Shown here piece after piece: positions 8,397 to 17,764 of a DNA stretch of 45,789 nucleotides. A program made the translations under genes and the position numbers. The notes beneath the pieces are model-generated. The model was not told the origin of the DNA. It saw nothing but the letters and a program-made list of their open reading frames with translations, and made no database searches. Source of the DNA: Lentisphaeria bacterium (lineage in GTDB: Bacteria > Verrucomicrobiota > Lentisphaeria > Victivallales > Victivallaceae); contig JAFTDL010000352.1 of NCBI GenBank assembly GCA_017454215.1, forward strand, positions 1 to 45,789, in the 5' to 3' direction. Position 1 is the first letter of the stretch, and the number at the start of each line of letters is the position of its first letter.

Positions 8397-9284
8397 ATGA
8401 AACGTTCAGAAAATGCTGCTGTCGCGTCAAACGATTGTTATGATTTTCCCGGATCCGTCAAGTGTGCGCCGCGAGCGGGAAAGGCACTTCGGTCCTGCGG
8501 CAGGCGGTGCGTCGTCCGGTCCGCCTTCACGCTGATAGAACTTCTTGTCGTTATCGCCATCATCGCCATTCTTGCGGCGATGCTGATGCCGGCACTGAAT
8601 CAGGCAAGGCTGTCCGCCCAGGGCGGCGCCTGCAGGAACAATCTGAAGCAGATCGGCCTGGCGTCCGCACTGTATTCCGAAGCGATGGACGGCTGGATAA
8701 TCCCCGGCGATATGCCTTACAACGGCTCCACGGCAGCCTGGTATGCCGTACTGGGAGGGTATTACAAAGAACTTGGAAACTTCGGTGTTACGTATTACGG
8801 CAATACGAAATCGGCCGGATCTTTTGTTTGTCCGGCGGAACCGATCCCATTTTCCTCCGACAAAAACAAGGGTTTCACAGGCTGTCATTATGCGGCCAAT
8901 GTCGCTTTGGTCGGCTCCTATAAATATGCCGGTTCCGTCCGGAGCTGGGAAATGACCCGTAAAATCCAGGAGATGAAGAGGCCGGCAATGGTCATCTTTG
9001 CGCTGGACCATATCCGGTCCGGAGAAAATATCTTCACTTATTCTCTGTACAGTCCCGCATACCGTCACGGCACGGCGGATTTCCGGAAGCGCACCGTATT
9101 TCAGGAGATCGTTCAGCAGGGAAGAACTCAGGCGGCAATGCAGGACGGGCATGTGGAGGAGTTCAGTTACGGCGCTCTCGAATCACGCAAAGCGTTGTAT
9201 CCGCAGTCTCCGCCTCCGAATTGCGAACGCTGGCAGTGTGTCGGATTCGAAGCCTCCACTTCCGCCGGTAAGTTCGTCAAGTGA
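8397..9284 (+). CDS. DUF1559-family pseudopilin-like protein with an unusually long leader
   Basis: ATG 8397 is preceded by an AAGGGGGA Shine-Dalgarno. A 43-aa leader is followed by [50 protein letters not shown]. The C-terminus has YRH...DGHVEEF (an HX9DG-like motif with 25 rather than 9 intervening residues). Confidence 0.85.
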   Translation: MKRSENAAVASNDCYDFPGSVKCAPRAGKALRSCGRRCVVRSAFTLIELLVVIAIIAILAAMLMPALNQARLSAQGGACRNNLKQIGLASALYSEAMDGWIIPGDMPYNGSTAAWYAVLGGYYKELGNFGVTYYGNTKSAGSFVCPAEPIPFSSDKNKGFTGCHYAANVALVGSYKYAGSVRSWEMTRKIQEMKRPAMVIFALDHIRSGENIFTYSLYSPAYRHGTADFRKRTVFQEIVQQGRTQAAMQDGHVEEFSYGALESRKALYPQSPPPNCERWQCVGFEASTSAGKFVK

Positions 9285-9357
9285 TCTTCCGGAGTCCGCT
9301 TTTCCGCCGGCCGCAACACCGCGGATGCCCAAATCTTTTCGATCGGAGAAACATAAA

Positions 9358-12300
9358 ATGCTGAAAAAAATATCGCTTCTGCTTCTGTCGACCGGAACTC
9401 TGCTGTCGCACGCCCGGCCCGAACTGCTGCAGAACGGCGATTTCCGGAATGGACTTGACTGCTGGAATGTACGGGACCCAAACGGTGTATCCGTCGTTGA
9501 AAATGCCGCTCCCGGCGGCGGGAACGCGTTGAAGGCGGTATCCGTAAAAGAACATTATGCCGTCAATTACACATTTAAGGGAAAAAAACTCAAGCCCGAT
9601 ACGGATTATACCCTGCACGGCTGGATCAAAACCGACGGCAGCGCCGGAGTTTACCTTTATTTCACCACGCTGCCGGTCATCGACGGGGTCCAGCGTTCCG
9701 CCCGTTCCCGGGTTTTCCGAAAGACTTCGGATTGGACCGAAGTCAGCGTTCTGCTCAACAGCGGCAAAGCGACCAGTATGCCGGTGCTGACGCGGGTGAT
9801 CGGCAAAGGAACGGCGTGGTTTGCCGGCATTTCCATCGAAGAGGGGAATCATCTGCCGCAGGAGAATCTGATCGCCAACAGTGATTTCAAATCAATGACC
9901 CGTTACCGCGAAGTTCCGGACAACTGGACCCCGAATCTCCACACGGGAGCGGCGGAGCCCGAAAACTATATTTTCAGACTCAGCAGGGAAACGCCGCCGC
10001 TGCCGGATGCCGGGGTGCTGGAAGTTGCCGGAGCGCAGATATCTCCGCAGCTGATCCAGCCGCCGGAACCGCAGCTGGCGCACACCTATTCCTTTTATGC
10101 CAAAAATGCTGTCCCCGGGAAAAACGCGCAGCTCGCCGTCCGTTTCGGCTTCAACACATACCGTCCGGCGAAGTTCCTGTTGACGGACCGTTGGAAACGC
10201 TACTCATTCACCAGCGATCTGAAAACAGGCAGTCCGTCCCTGTGCGTTTATTCGCCGGACAACGGACGTTTTCTCTATTCCGCACCGCAGTTGATCCTCG
10301 GGGAAAAACCGCAGCCGTGGAAAGCTCCGGATCCCCGTCCCGCCGTCCGTCCGGTCACGGAGAACCGGGAGGCTGCCGCGGAAGCCGTCAGCCGGGAAAT
10401 TTCAGGAGAGCCGTCCGAAGCGGATTGGTCTGCGGCTCCGGCTTATCCCATCCGTCATGTCAGCAGAGGAAACCGGCTGGGCATTGTCGGGTCACATGTC
10501 GGGATCCTGCACAATCGGGAATACATTTTTATCCGTTTCACCGGAAAAAAAGATCCGGCGATCGAACCCGGCAGCCGTTCGAGTCTGGATTGGCGGAATA
10601 TCGGCGATACCTTTGAACTGTTCATCACCGATACGGCAATGGACGGCACATACGTCCACTATGCCGTCAACGAAAACGGACACAGTTATTCCGGACGCGG
10701 CAAGGAAACCGAAATGCTGGAAATAACGTCCCGGGTGACTCGACATCACGACCGCTGGACCGCGGATGTCAAAGTCCCGCTCAACATGTTCCATTCCGAC
10801 AGAAGCTGGAAGATCGCCTTCGGGCGCTGTTACGATCACCGCCGTTACCGGAGAATGGCATTGGACTGGTCGATGCCCGAAAGCCGTCACAATACCGCGA
10901 AATTCGGTATTTTGAGAGGCGTGTCCGTCAAACCGCAGCCTTCGCCGGAACTGGCAAAGCTTTATGGGTCCATCGACGAAAGGAAGCTGCATTTCGAATT
11001 CAGAAATTTCAGAAAGGAAATGCTTCCCGGAAATCTGGAAGTTGTCATTTTCCGGCAGAACCGGCGTTTCTGGAGGCATGAACAGGTGTTGAACGGCACA
11101 TCCGGCGAAATCATTCTGCCGCAGAACTATGCGGAAATGATGGATTCGGAGACCCGGATCCGGCTGACGGTCGCCGGGAAGAACGGACATGCCTGCTATC
11201 AGGCCTCGCGGATACTTTATCTGCTGTTTTCTTCCTTTGCGCGGCATGATCCGGCGATGTTCGTTTATCCGAAATACAATTTTTTCACCGAACGGGATCG
11301 TACCGTCGATCTTCTCGTCAGACTGGATAAAAAACGGTATGACGATTTGCGGATTTCCGTTCTCGACAGAAACGGGAAAACGGTGTTCGAACGGACGACC
11401 TCCGGAAATATCTGCATCCCGGGCGACAAGATCCCCTTCGGCGATTACAGGATCAGGGTGACAGCCCTGAAAAACGGTGAAGCTGCCGGTATCCGCTGCT
11501 ATGAATCTTTCCGGAAACAGCCGTTCCGTCCTGAAATGATCAGGATCAACCGTTTGACCGGCTGTCTGATGAGTGCGGAAAAACCACTGCTCCCGATGCT
11601 GTACTATCCGGGCCCCAATGACCGTTACGCGTATGATCCCGACCGTGATTCGGATATGGATCGCCTGTTCGAGGGAGCGTTGAAAGCCGGATTCAATGGC
11701 GTGAAGACCGCATTTTCGCTGCGCGATCCGGTAAAAGAGGAACAATGGCTGAAAATCGCGGCAAAACACGGTTCATTCTTTCTCGCGGACCTCGAACCGC
11801 TGTATCCTCCCGGCTTTTACGGCAAACGGTCCGAAAACATGACCGGCGCAGAGACCGAAAAGATCATGATCGAATATACCGGAAAGATGCTCAAACACTG
11901 TTTCGGGAAACCGGGCATCCTCTCTTATGCGCCGTATCACGAACCGGGATATTACCGCCGGGGGAAAGGCATCGTCGATTCGTACCGGGCGGCAAAGCTC
12001 CTTCCGGAACTGCGAAAAGAAGATCCCTATCGCCCGCTCACCGGCTTCTGGGCGCCGCCGCATTGGGATTCCAACGGTGAACCGTTCGGTTCGGTCGATG
12101 CCGCGGATTATTTCATCGTGGATGTTTATACCCGCAACCTGAGAAAACATTGCGATGAATTGTTCCGCATCAGCCATGCCTCCCGTATCGTCCGGCGTCC
12201 GATCGGTCAGATCTTCAATATCGACAATCAGGGATCGGATGAGCGCGAGTGTCCGACTCCGGCAGAGTACAAAGCGGAAGTATATGCGGCTCTGGCCGCC

Positions 12301-12687
12301 GGATACCGGGTGTTCTTCCCCTATATCGGCGTTGCTCCGGTCCGGGAAACCTGGCGGGAAATGATCCGCGTCAACCGTCAGCTGCCGGTCATTGCCGGAT
12401 TCATTTGCCGCGACGACTGCAGGGAACTGGCTTCGGTCAATGACGAACATGTCTGCTATGCCGTCTATCGGCGCGGCAGTGAATTGATCGTGATCGCGGC
12501 AGGAAAAGAAAATGCCGCAAAAAGCCGTCTGCGCATAGACATGAAAAGATTGGCCGGCATCGGAAATGCTTCGGGGAAAGAACTTTTCACCTCTGAGAAA
12601 GTCCGTGTGCAAAACGGATCGTTCGAATATCTCCTGCCGCCGGCAGGCAGCGGCATCTGGGTATTCCGGTGTCCGGATGCAAAATGA
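9358..12687 (+). CDS. Secreted multidomain glycoside-hydrolase-like protein (CBM4_9-like plus CBM9-like modules, C-terminal TIM-barrel-like domain; 1109 aa)
   Basis: ORF 8998..12687 trimmed to ATG 9358 (MLKKISLLLLSTGTLLSHA signal peptide, GGAGAA Shine-Dalgarno). ELLQNGDFRNGLDCWNV is CBM4_9-like. WSAAPAYPI, YIFIRFTG, DTFELFI and WTADVKVPLNMF are CBM9-like. The C-terminal region contains YAPYHEPGYY, resembling the clan GH-A NEP acid/base motif. The family is unverified. Confidence 0.75.
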   Translation: MLKKISLLLLSTGTLLSHARPELLQNGDFRNGLDCWNVRDPNGVSVVENAAPGGGNALKAVSVKEHYAVNYTFKGKKLKPDTDYTLHGWIKTDGSAGVYLYFTTLPVIDGVQRSARSRVFRKTSDWTEVSVLLNSGKATSMPVLTRVIGKGTAWFAGISIEEGNHLPQENLIANSDFKSMTRYREVPDNWTPNLHTGAAEPENYIFRLSRETPPLPDAGVLEVAGAQISPQLIQPPEPQLAHTYSFYAKNAVPGKNAQLAVRFGFNTYRPAKFLLTDRWKRYSFTSDLKTGSPSLCVYSPDNGRFLYSAPQLILGEKPQPWKAPDPRPAVRPVTENREAAAEAVSREISGEPSEADWSAAPAYPIRHVSRGNRLGIVGSHVGILHNREYIFIRFTGKKDPAIEPGSRSSLDWRNIGDTFELFITDTAMDGTYVHYAVNENGHSYSGRGKETEMLEITSRVTRHHDRWTADVKVPLNMFHSDRSWKIAFGRCYDHRRYRRMALDWSMPESRHNTAKFGILRGVSVKPQPSPELAKLYGSIDERKLHFEFRNFRKEMLPGNLEVVIFRQNRRFWRHEQVLNGTSGEIILPQNYAEMMDSETRIRLTVAGKNGHACYQASRILYLLFSSFARHDPAMFVYPKYNFFTERDRTVDLLVRLDKKRYDDLRISVLDRNGKTVFERTTSGNICIPGDKIPFGDYRIRVTALKNGEAAGIRCYESFRKQPFRPEMIRINRLTGCLMSAEKPLLPMLYYPGPNDRYAYDPDRDSDMDRLFEGALKAGFNGVKTAFSLRDPVKEEQWLKIAAKHGSFFLADLEPLYPPGFYGKRSENMTGAETEKIMIEYTGKMLKHCFGKPGILSYAPYHEPGYYRRGKGIVDSYRAAKLLPELRKEDPYRPLTGFWAPPHWDSNGEPFGSVDAADYFIVDVYTRNLRKHCDELFRISHASRIVRRPIGQIFNIDNQGSDERECPTPAEYKAEVYAALAAGYRVFFPYIGVAPVRETWREMIRVNRQLPVIAGFICRDDCRELASVNDEHVCYAVYRRGSELIVIAAGKENAAKSRLRIDMKRLAGIGNASGKELFTSEKVRVQNGSFEYLLPPAGSGIWVFRCPDAK

Positions 12688-12848
12688 CTTTGCCGCTGCG
12701 GACCGCCGGGCGGAGCGGACCCGCGGAAGCCGCATCCCGCCGGCCTTGTCCGTCCCCGTGCGGTGCGGGAAACGGCGCGTTTCCGAAAAACGGTCAGACA
12801 GCCCTGGACCGACATGCTCCCCGGGGCGTCAGACCGCAGCGGATCCCA

Positions 12849-13694
12849 TCACTTTTTCCGGCAGGCTTCGTATTTTTCCAGCAGCGCGGTCAGCTTTCCG
12901 GCAGCCAGCCGGATATCGGCGATCTGCTGCGGACCGGAGATCTCCCGTTCGATGATCAGTTCACCGCTGAAATCCAATTCATACAACTTGGCGATGATCC
13001 GGTCGAAATCCGCACGGCCTTCGCCGAACGGGACTTCTTTTCCCAGACTGTGGCCGTCTGTCGGGAACATGCCGTCCTTGATATGCAGGTTCCGCACATA
13101 CTTTCCGATGACTTCCAGCGCGTCCACGGGATTGCCGCGCCCGTACAGGATCAGGTTCGCGGTATCCAGATTGACCCCGAGATTGTCCAGCCCGACGTCT
13201 TCCATGGTGCGGAGCAGGGTGAGCGGCGTCTCCTGTCCGGCTTCGAACCAGAAACCGATCCCGAGTTCCCTGCAGTGAAGCGCGACCTCCCCGACGGCAT
13301 CCACCGTTTCCCGGTATAACGGATCCATGGGATTTTCCGGAATGAATCCGCAATGGGTGATGAGCGCCGGAGCGCCGATCATTTTTGCGAAATCGGCTCC
13401 GCGTTTCAGTTCTTCGATGCGCCTTGCCCGCTGGTCCCGGGGAACGAGCCCGCAGGTTTCGGGACCGCCGTAGGAGTTCCAGATGATCCTGCCCGTGTAT
13501 CCGGCCCAGAAAGCGGCCAGACGTATCCCGGACTCCTCGATGTCGCGCTTCGTTTTTGCCGCGGTTCCGGGATTCAGATTGGCCATATCCCAGTTCTGCA
13601 GTTGAGCGGTCGTCAGTCCCAGTTCACGGATCGCCGGGAAAGGATTTTCTCCTTTCCTCAGCATGGCGAGAACACCGATCTCCATTTTTTTCAT
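12849..13694 (-). CDS. Sugar phosphate isomerase/epimerase family protein (xylose-isomerase-like TIM barrel)
   Basis: 281 aa. Typical AP_endonuc_2-fold segments: GAPALITHCGF, IGFWFEAGQET, GVNLDTANLILYG, NLHIKDG, ELIIERE. Confidence 0.85.
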   Translation of the reverse strand: MKKMEIGVLAMLRKGENPFPAIRELGLTTAQLQNWDMANLNPGTAAKTKRDIEESGIRLAAFWAGYTGRIIWNSYGGPETCGLVPRDQRARRIEELKRGADFAKMIGAPALITHCGFIPENPMDPLYRETVDAVGEVALHCRELGIGFWFEAGQETPLTLLRTMEDVGLDNLGVNLDTANLILYGRGNPVDALEVIGKYVRNLHIKDGMFPTDGHSLGKEVPFGEGRADFDRIIAKLYELDFSGELIIEREISGPQQIADIRLAAGKLTALLEKYEACRKK

Positions 13695-13710
13695 TCCGTC
13701 AGCTCCCGGT

Positions 13711-14508
13711 TTACCAGTTCCTTAACAGATCCGCCGTCTTTTTGAGGACCGCGGCGGCGGAGGATCTTCTTTCGAAATCGGTCGTTTCCAGATTCACGCG
13801 GAGTTCTCTGCCGCGGGCGTCGACGGTGTTCCAGAACGCCTTCAGGTCCAGATCGCCTTCTCCTATCACCGCATCGGCAAAATATTTTCCGCACCGCTTC
13901 AGATCGAAGTTTTTCCGCGGCCGGTCGGAAATCTTCCAGTCTTTCAGATGAAACTGCACCACGTAATCTTTCAAAACGGCATAGGAATTTACCGCGGGCT
14001 CGGCGGTTTCCATGTTTCCGGCATCCAGCGTGCACATGAGTCCCGGCACGGCGTGCAGGACTTCAAGCGTTTCCGCCGCCGTGGTGATCGGACTGTTGCG
14101 CAGTCCCGTGCTCTCGACCGTCAGCGTGATCCCGGCCGCCTGCGCCAGCGGCTGCGCCTGCGCATAAAAATCGATCCACGCTTTCCGGTCATCCTCCATG
14201 GAGATCTGGCCCTTTCTCGGAAACGGCGGCAGCATCATGACCGGCGCACCCAGATCGCAGGCGAAATCGAGACTGCGCCTGAAATCGTCCAGCGCATCCG
14301 GATCGCGGTCCACGAATGCCGAATCCAGCGTCGTATGGGCAATGATCTTCAAGCCGCCGTCTTCGGATAAGCTCCGCAGCCGTTTGGCCGGGGCATACTG
14401 ACGTCTGCAAACCCAGTCGATCGCATCCATGCCGCACGCCGCGGCGGTCTGAACGACCGTTCGCGGCGCGGCGCCCGGCATCATGCAGGACATCATGCAG
14501 AGCTTCAT
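13711..14508 (-). CDS. Sugar phosphate isomerase/epimerase family protein (xylose-isomerase-like TIM barrel), second copy
   Basis: 265 aa with GMDAIDWV, LGAPVMMLPP, ITLTVESTG, MCTLDAGNM and QFHLKDW. The start lies 2 nt after the stop of the upstream oxidoreductase gene. Confidence 0.85.
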   Translation of the reverse strand: MKLCMMSCMMPGAAPRTVVQTAAACGMDAIDWVCRRQYAPAKRLRSLSEDGGLKIIAHTTLDSAFVDRDPDALDDFRRSLDFACDLGAPVMMLPPFPRKGQISMEDDRKAWIDFYAQAQPLAQAAGITLTVESTGLRNSPITTAAETLEVLHAVPGLMCTLDAGNMETAEPAVNSYAVLKDYVVQFHLKDWKISDRPRKNFDLKRCGKYFADAVIGEGDLDLKAFWNTVDARGRELRVNLETTDFERRSSAAAVLKKTADLLRNW

Positions 14509-14510
14509 CG

Positions 14511-15524
14511 TCAGTTCCGCTCCTTCGTTTCCGGCAGCGGATAGTTCATCTCATCCGCGATCCGCGTGCAGCACAGAATCGTGCCGCGGGCGTCCTCTCC
14601 GGTGCAGATCCGGGACGGATCACCGGTCCTTACCGCCCGGATGAAGTCTTCCATCTCCGAGAAATAGGGATCGTCCGGCAGAAAATCGTATTCGGCGGTC
14701 CCGTCCTTCCGGTACTCCGAGACTTTTCCCGCCTCCGGGCTGATCAGCGTGCCGTTTTCGAAATACGCGGCATAACTCCGGCCGAACGGATACCCGGGAG
14801 GTGTCACGAACCCGCCTTCGACGACCGCATCGGCGCCGTTGAAACGCAGGACGGACGAGATCATTTTGAACTGGGAGCCGCCGAGATCCCTCACGGATTC
14901 GATCCGTTCGGGTTCCCCGAGACAGGACCGGACGAAATCAACGTCGTGGGAAACCAGATCGAACAGCGAACCGCCGGAAGCGCGGATGAACTCCGGATCG
15001 TTCCAGTTCCCCCACTCGGGGATCCCCGTGATCCGGGTCATTTTGAGATATTTCAATTTGCCGAGGCGCGCGGACAGGACGGTCTGTTTCAAAAACCGGT
15101 ACTCCTTCATCCAGCGGACGACGTAACCGACCGCGAGCTGTCTGTTCACGTTCCCGGCGGTCCGGACCATGCGGTCGCATTCCCGCAGGCTCACGGCAAA
15201 AGGTTTTTCGACAAACACATGCAGTCCCGCTTCAAGACACCGGATGACGGCGTCGTGATGCAGTTTCGTCGGCAGCGCAATGACCGCCGCATCCGGAGAA
15301 ACGCAGGTCAGCGCTTCTTCGGGATCGGTGAAATGGGGGATCGCGCGCACCGCATCGGCATCCGGCGGCACGGTCTGCAGGTTTCCCTTCACCGTCCGCA
15401 GACGCTCCAGAGGCTCCGCCGGATCGACGATGCCCGCGACTTGCACATCGGGCATTTTCAGCAGGTTTCCGCAATGGGTCTGGCCCATGAACCCGAATCC
15501 CAGAACGATCACTTTGATTTTCAT
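14511..15524 (-). CDS. Gfo/Idh/MocA-family NAD(P)-dependent oxidoreductase
   Basis: ORF 14511..15728 trimmed to ATG 15524 (MKIKVIVLGFGFMGQTH, Rossmann GxGxxG) with an AAGGAG Shine-Dalgarno. EKPFAVSL is the family signature. No signal peptide. Confidence 0.9.
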   Translation of the reverse strand: MKIKVIVLGFGFMGQTHCGNLLKMPDVQVAGIVDPAEPLERLRTVKGNLQTVPPDADAVRAIPHFTDPEEALTCVSPDAAVIALPTKLHHDAVIRCLEAGLHVFVEKPFAVSLRECDRMVRTAGNVNRQLAVGYVVRWMKEYRFLKQTVLSARLGKLKYLKMTRITGIPEWGNWNDPEFIRASGGSLFDLVSHDVDFVRSCLGEPERIESVRDLGGSQFKMISSVLRFNGADAVVEGGFVTPPGYPFGRSYAAYFENGTLISPEAGKVSEYRKDGTAEYDFLPDDPYFSEMEDFIRAVRTGDPSRICTGEDARGTILCCTRIADEMNYPLPETKERN

Positions 15525-15548
15525 TGACGGCTCCTTTTTCTCAGCCGG

Positions 15549-15605
15549 AATATACATGACCGCGCCCCCGTTTGCAAATTCTTCACATATCAAAATATTT
15601 GCAAA
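15549..15605 (-). promoter_or_regulatory. Bipartite TTTGCAAA-N19-TTTGCAAA element fused to the promoter of the oxidoreductase/TIM-barrel operon
   Basis: TTTGCAAA occurs at 15598-15605 and 15571-15578, and the 19-nt spacer contains TTGATAT when read on the minus strand. Then -35 TTGCAA (15577-15572), a 17-nt spacer and TATATT (15554-15549). The spacing is the same as at 8270-8326, with 12 of 19 spacer positions identical. Confidence 0.5.
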
Positions 15606-15654
15606 AAGTTTCATTATTTTTGCGCTCCGTGCCCGGGAGAGCATTTCACTTAAT

Positions 15655-15683
15655 TTGAATATTCCGGATACCCGCAGTATATT
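15655..15683 (+). promoter_or_regulatory. Sigma70-like promoter for the AraC regulator gene
   Basis: TTGAAT (15655-15660), 17-nt spacer, TATATT (15678-15683). Confidence 0.45.
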
Positions 15684-15787
15684 AACGCCGGCCGCCGGGA
15701 GACCCCCGGGGATCCGGCTGTTCCGCACTTTCGCAGGGCGTGCGGAGACAGGTCGGGAATTCCGGCAGGGCCGTCGGGAGAGTGACG

Positions 15788-16687
15788 ATGAAGACAGCGA
15801 TACCCCTTGTGCGGAGGATCCGCGCGAGACGCCCCTTTTACGATGAGGAGACGATCCTCTCCGGTTCCGGGGCGGACAGTCACAGCATGCCGCTGGATAT
15901 CTTCTGTTTCGGACATTCCCTTTTCAGACGGGGCGCCGAGATCCATATCGTGCGGCAGGACTGGATCGTGCAGTTTCAGCTCTCCGGAAAGGCCCGGATC
16001 ATCACCCGTGACGAAAAAATCCTCATGGAACCCGGCTGTCTGCTCATCTCGCCGCCCGGAGTGCCCTATACCTACAAGGTCCCGCCGACGAACGACATGA
16101 CCAAGTATTACCTGATCTTCCGCACAAGTCCTCTCCTCGAGATGCTGCTGGGGCGCGAGATCCGCCGGCACGGCATGAAGATCAGGTTCCAGCAGCCGTC
16201 CGCGGTCCGAGCCCTGCTGGAGGAGATCGGAACTCTGTTCGAAAAACAGGGATCCTCTTCTCAGGAACAGCTGAGCATCAGGCTCTACGAACTTGTCTGC
16301 CGGATCCGCAGCGCCGTCCGCATGACAAGTCCGGAGGGCGGCTTTTTCAGAAAACTGGAGAAATCCGTCAACGATCTGATGAATCAGCAGATAACCCTTG
16401 AAAGACTTTCGGCGAGCTTCGGCGTCGGCAAATTCACGCTGATCAGGGAATTCAAAAAACATACGGGCATGCCGCCCGTGGCCTACATGATCCGGATCAG
16501 ACGCAAATACGCCCGGCAGCTGCTTCTGATGAGCGATATGACCGTTGCCGAAATCGCCGCCTGCTGCGGATATTCCTCAGCCTCCTTTTTCATCAGCGAT
16601 TTCAGAAAACACTGCGGGATCACCCCCGGACAGTTCCGCGCCCGCAACGACGGCAAAGCCCCGCCGGACGCCGCCGAAAAAGAGTGA
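15788..16687 (+). CDS. AraC-family transcriptional regulator
   Basis: ATG 15788 (MKTAIPLV) with a GGGAGAG Shine-Dalgarno. C-terminal double HTH: LERLSASFGVGKFTLIREFKKHTGMPPVAYMIRIRRKYARQLLLMSDMTVAEIAACCGYSSASFFISDFRKHCGITPGQFR. Confidence 0.85.
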   Translation: MKTAIPLVRRIRARRPFYDEETILSGSGADSHSMPLDIFCFGHSLFRRGAEIHIVRQDWIVQFQLSGKARIITRDEKILMEPGCLLISPPGVPYTYKVPPTNDMTKYYLIFRTSPLLEMLLGREIRRHGMKIRFQQPSAVRALLEEIGTLFEKQGSSSQEQLSIRLYELVCRIRSAVRMTSPEGGFFRKLEKSVNDLMNQQITLERLSASFGVGKFTLIREFKKHTGMPPVAYMIRIRRKYARQLLLMSDMTVAEIAACCGYSSASFFISDFRKHCGITPGQFRARNDGKAPPDAAEKE

Positions 16688-16743
16688 CGCGCCCCGCCGC
16701 GGCATCCCGGCCGCCGGAAGAACGCTCCGGCGCTCCGGCGGTG

Positions 16744-16772
16744 TTGCAAAATCCCGCCGTCAGGTGTATATT
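16744..16772 (+). promoter_or_regulatory. Sigma70-like promoter for the alpha/beta hydrolase gene
   Basis: TTGCAA (16744-16749), 17-nt spacer, TATATT (16767-16772). Confidence 0.45.
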
Positions 16773-16848
16773 GTACGGCGATGGGCATGACCTGCCGGGG
16801 AAGGGGAAACGTCCTCCGGCGGAAAGCACGCATATCCGGGGAGCCGAG

Positions 16849-17658
16849 ATGAAAAAAACGCAAAACTGTGAATCGACTTTCAGGCGTACGCCGACCGTTG
16901 CCGACGCGGGAAGTTTCGACCGTTTTCCGCAGGGCGTGGTCAGAATAACCTACCGGAGCGACGCGGACGGTCTGGAGGACCGGGCGCTGGCGGTCCCGGG
17001 GGCGCATCCCCTCGGCATCGGCATCGTGGTCCTGCACGGACACGGAAGCGGCGGCGATCAGCTTTTCACCTGGAAGCAGCTGGGCAATGACCGGGATTTT
17101 CTGCGCAGACTGCGCTGCGGCGTGCTTTCGCCCGATCTGCGCGGCAACGCGTGGATGTGTCCGGAAGCGGTGGAAGACCTCGCCAAACTGATAACTTTTG
17201 CGAAGAAACGCTTCAAATGGCGGAAGGTCATACTGGCCTCGGGCTCCATGGGCGGCACGGGGGGACTGATCTTCGCTTCGCACCATCCGGAGCTGGCCGA
17301 TGCCGTGATCGCGCTGGGCGCGGCGACCGATCTTGCAAGTTACGTTTCATGGTGCGGCCGTCAGAAACCCGAAGTCTGCGGCCGTATCGCCGAAGCCATC
17401 CGCACGGCCTACAAAAACGACCGCGAACTCATGAAAACTCACTCGACTCTCGCCCGGTGGAAAAATCTCACCATGCCCGTATGGCTCTGCCACGGCGCCG
17501 CCGACGAGATAATTCCGGTCTCGCAGTCCCGCAGACTGGCCGGAAAAATGGCGGAGTCCCCCGGTTTCGTCTACCGCGAAGTGTGGCGCGGCGATCACGA
17601 TTCGCCGATGCTGTCGTTCACCGAATGCGTCAGTCAGGCGATCTTCACCCTCTTCTGA
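16849..17658 (+). CDS. Alpha/beta hydrolase (esterase/peptidase S9-like)
   Basis: ORF 16684..17658 trimmed to ATG 16849 (MKKTQN). It has VVLHGHGSGGDQ, the nucleophile elbow GSMGG, and a C-terminal HGAADEIIP...GDHD consistent with the Asp/His of the triad. Confidence 0.8.
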   Translation: MKKTQNCESTFRRTPTVADAGSFDRFPQGVVRITYRSDADGLEDRALAVPGAHPLGIGIVVLHGHGSGGDQLFTWKQLGNDRDFLRRLRCGVLSPDLRGNAWMCPEAVEDLAKLITFAKKRFKWRKVILASGSMGGTGGLIFASHHPELADAVIALGAATDLASYVSWCGRQKPEVCGRIAEAIRTAYKNDRELMKTHSTLARWKNLTMPVWLCHGAADEIIPVSQSRRLAGKMAESPGFVYREVWRGDHDSPMLSFTECVSQAIFTLF

Positions 17659-17691
17659 CGGACAAACCGCCGGTCCCGGTCCGAAAGACGG

Positions 17692-17720
17692 TTGACTTTG
17701 CGCCGGAAAAGCGCTATATT
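17692..17720 (+). promoter_or_regulatory. Sigma70-like promoter upstream of the 17765-rsmA-ybaK transcription unit
   Basis: TTGACT (17692-17697), 17-nt spacer, TATATT (17715-17720). Confidence 0.5.
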
Positions 17721-17764
17721 ACTGAATGAAAGAGTTTCCGGATCATCAACAGGAGATTTGAAAA

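Noticed and set aside
8998-9357. N-terminal 120-codon extension of ORF 8998..12687.
   Set aside because: It overlaps the 3-prime end of the pseudopilin gene in another frame. ATG 9358 has a Shine-Dalgarno and starts a signal peptide.
10492-12735. Minus-strand ORFs 10492..11769 (425 aa) and 11773..12735 (320 aa).
   Set aside because: They are antisense to the 9358-12687 GH-like gene and have no motifs and a shadow-ORF composition.
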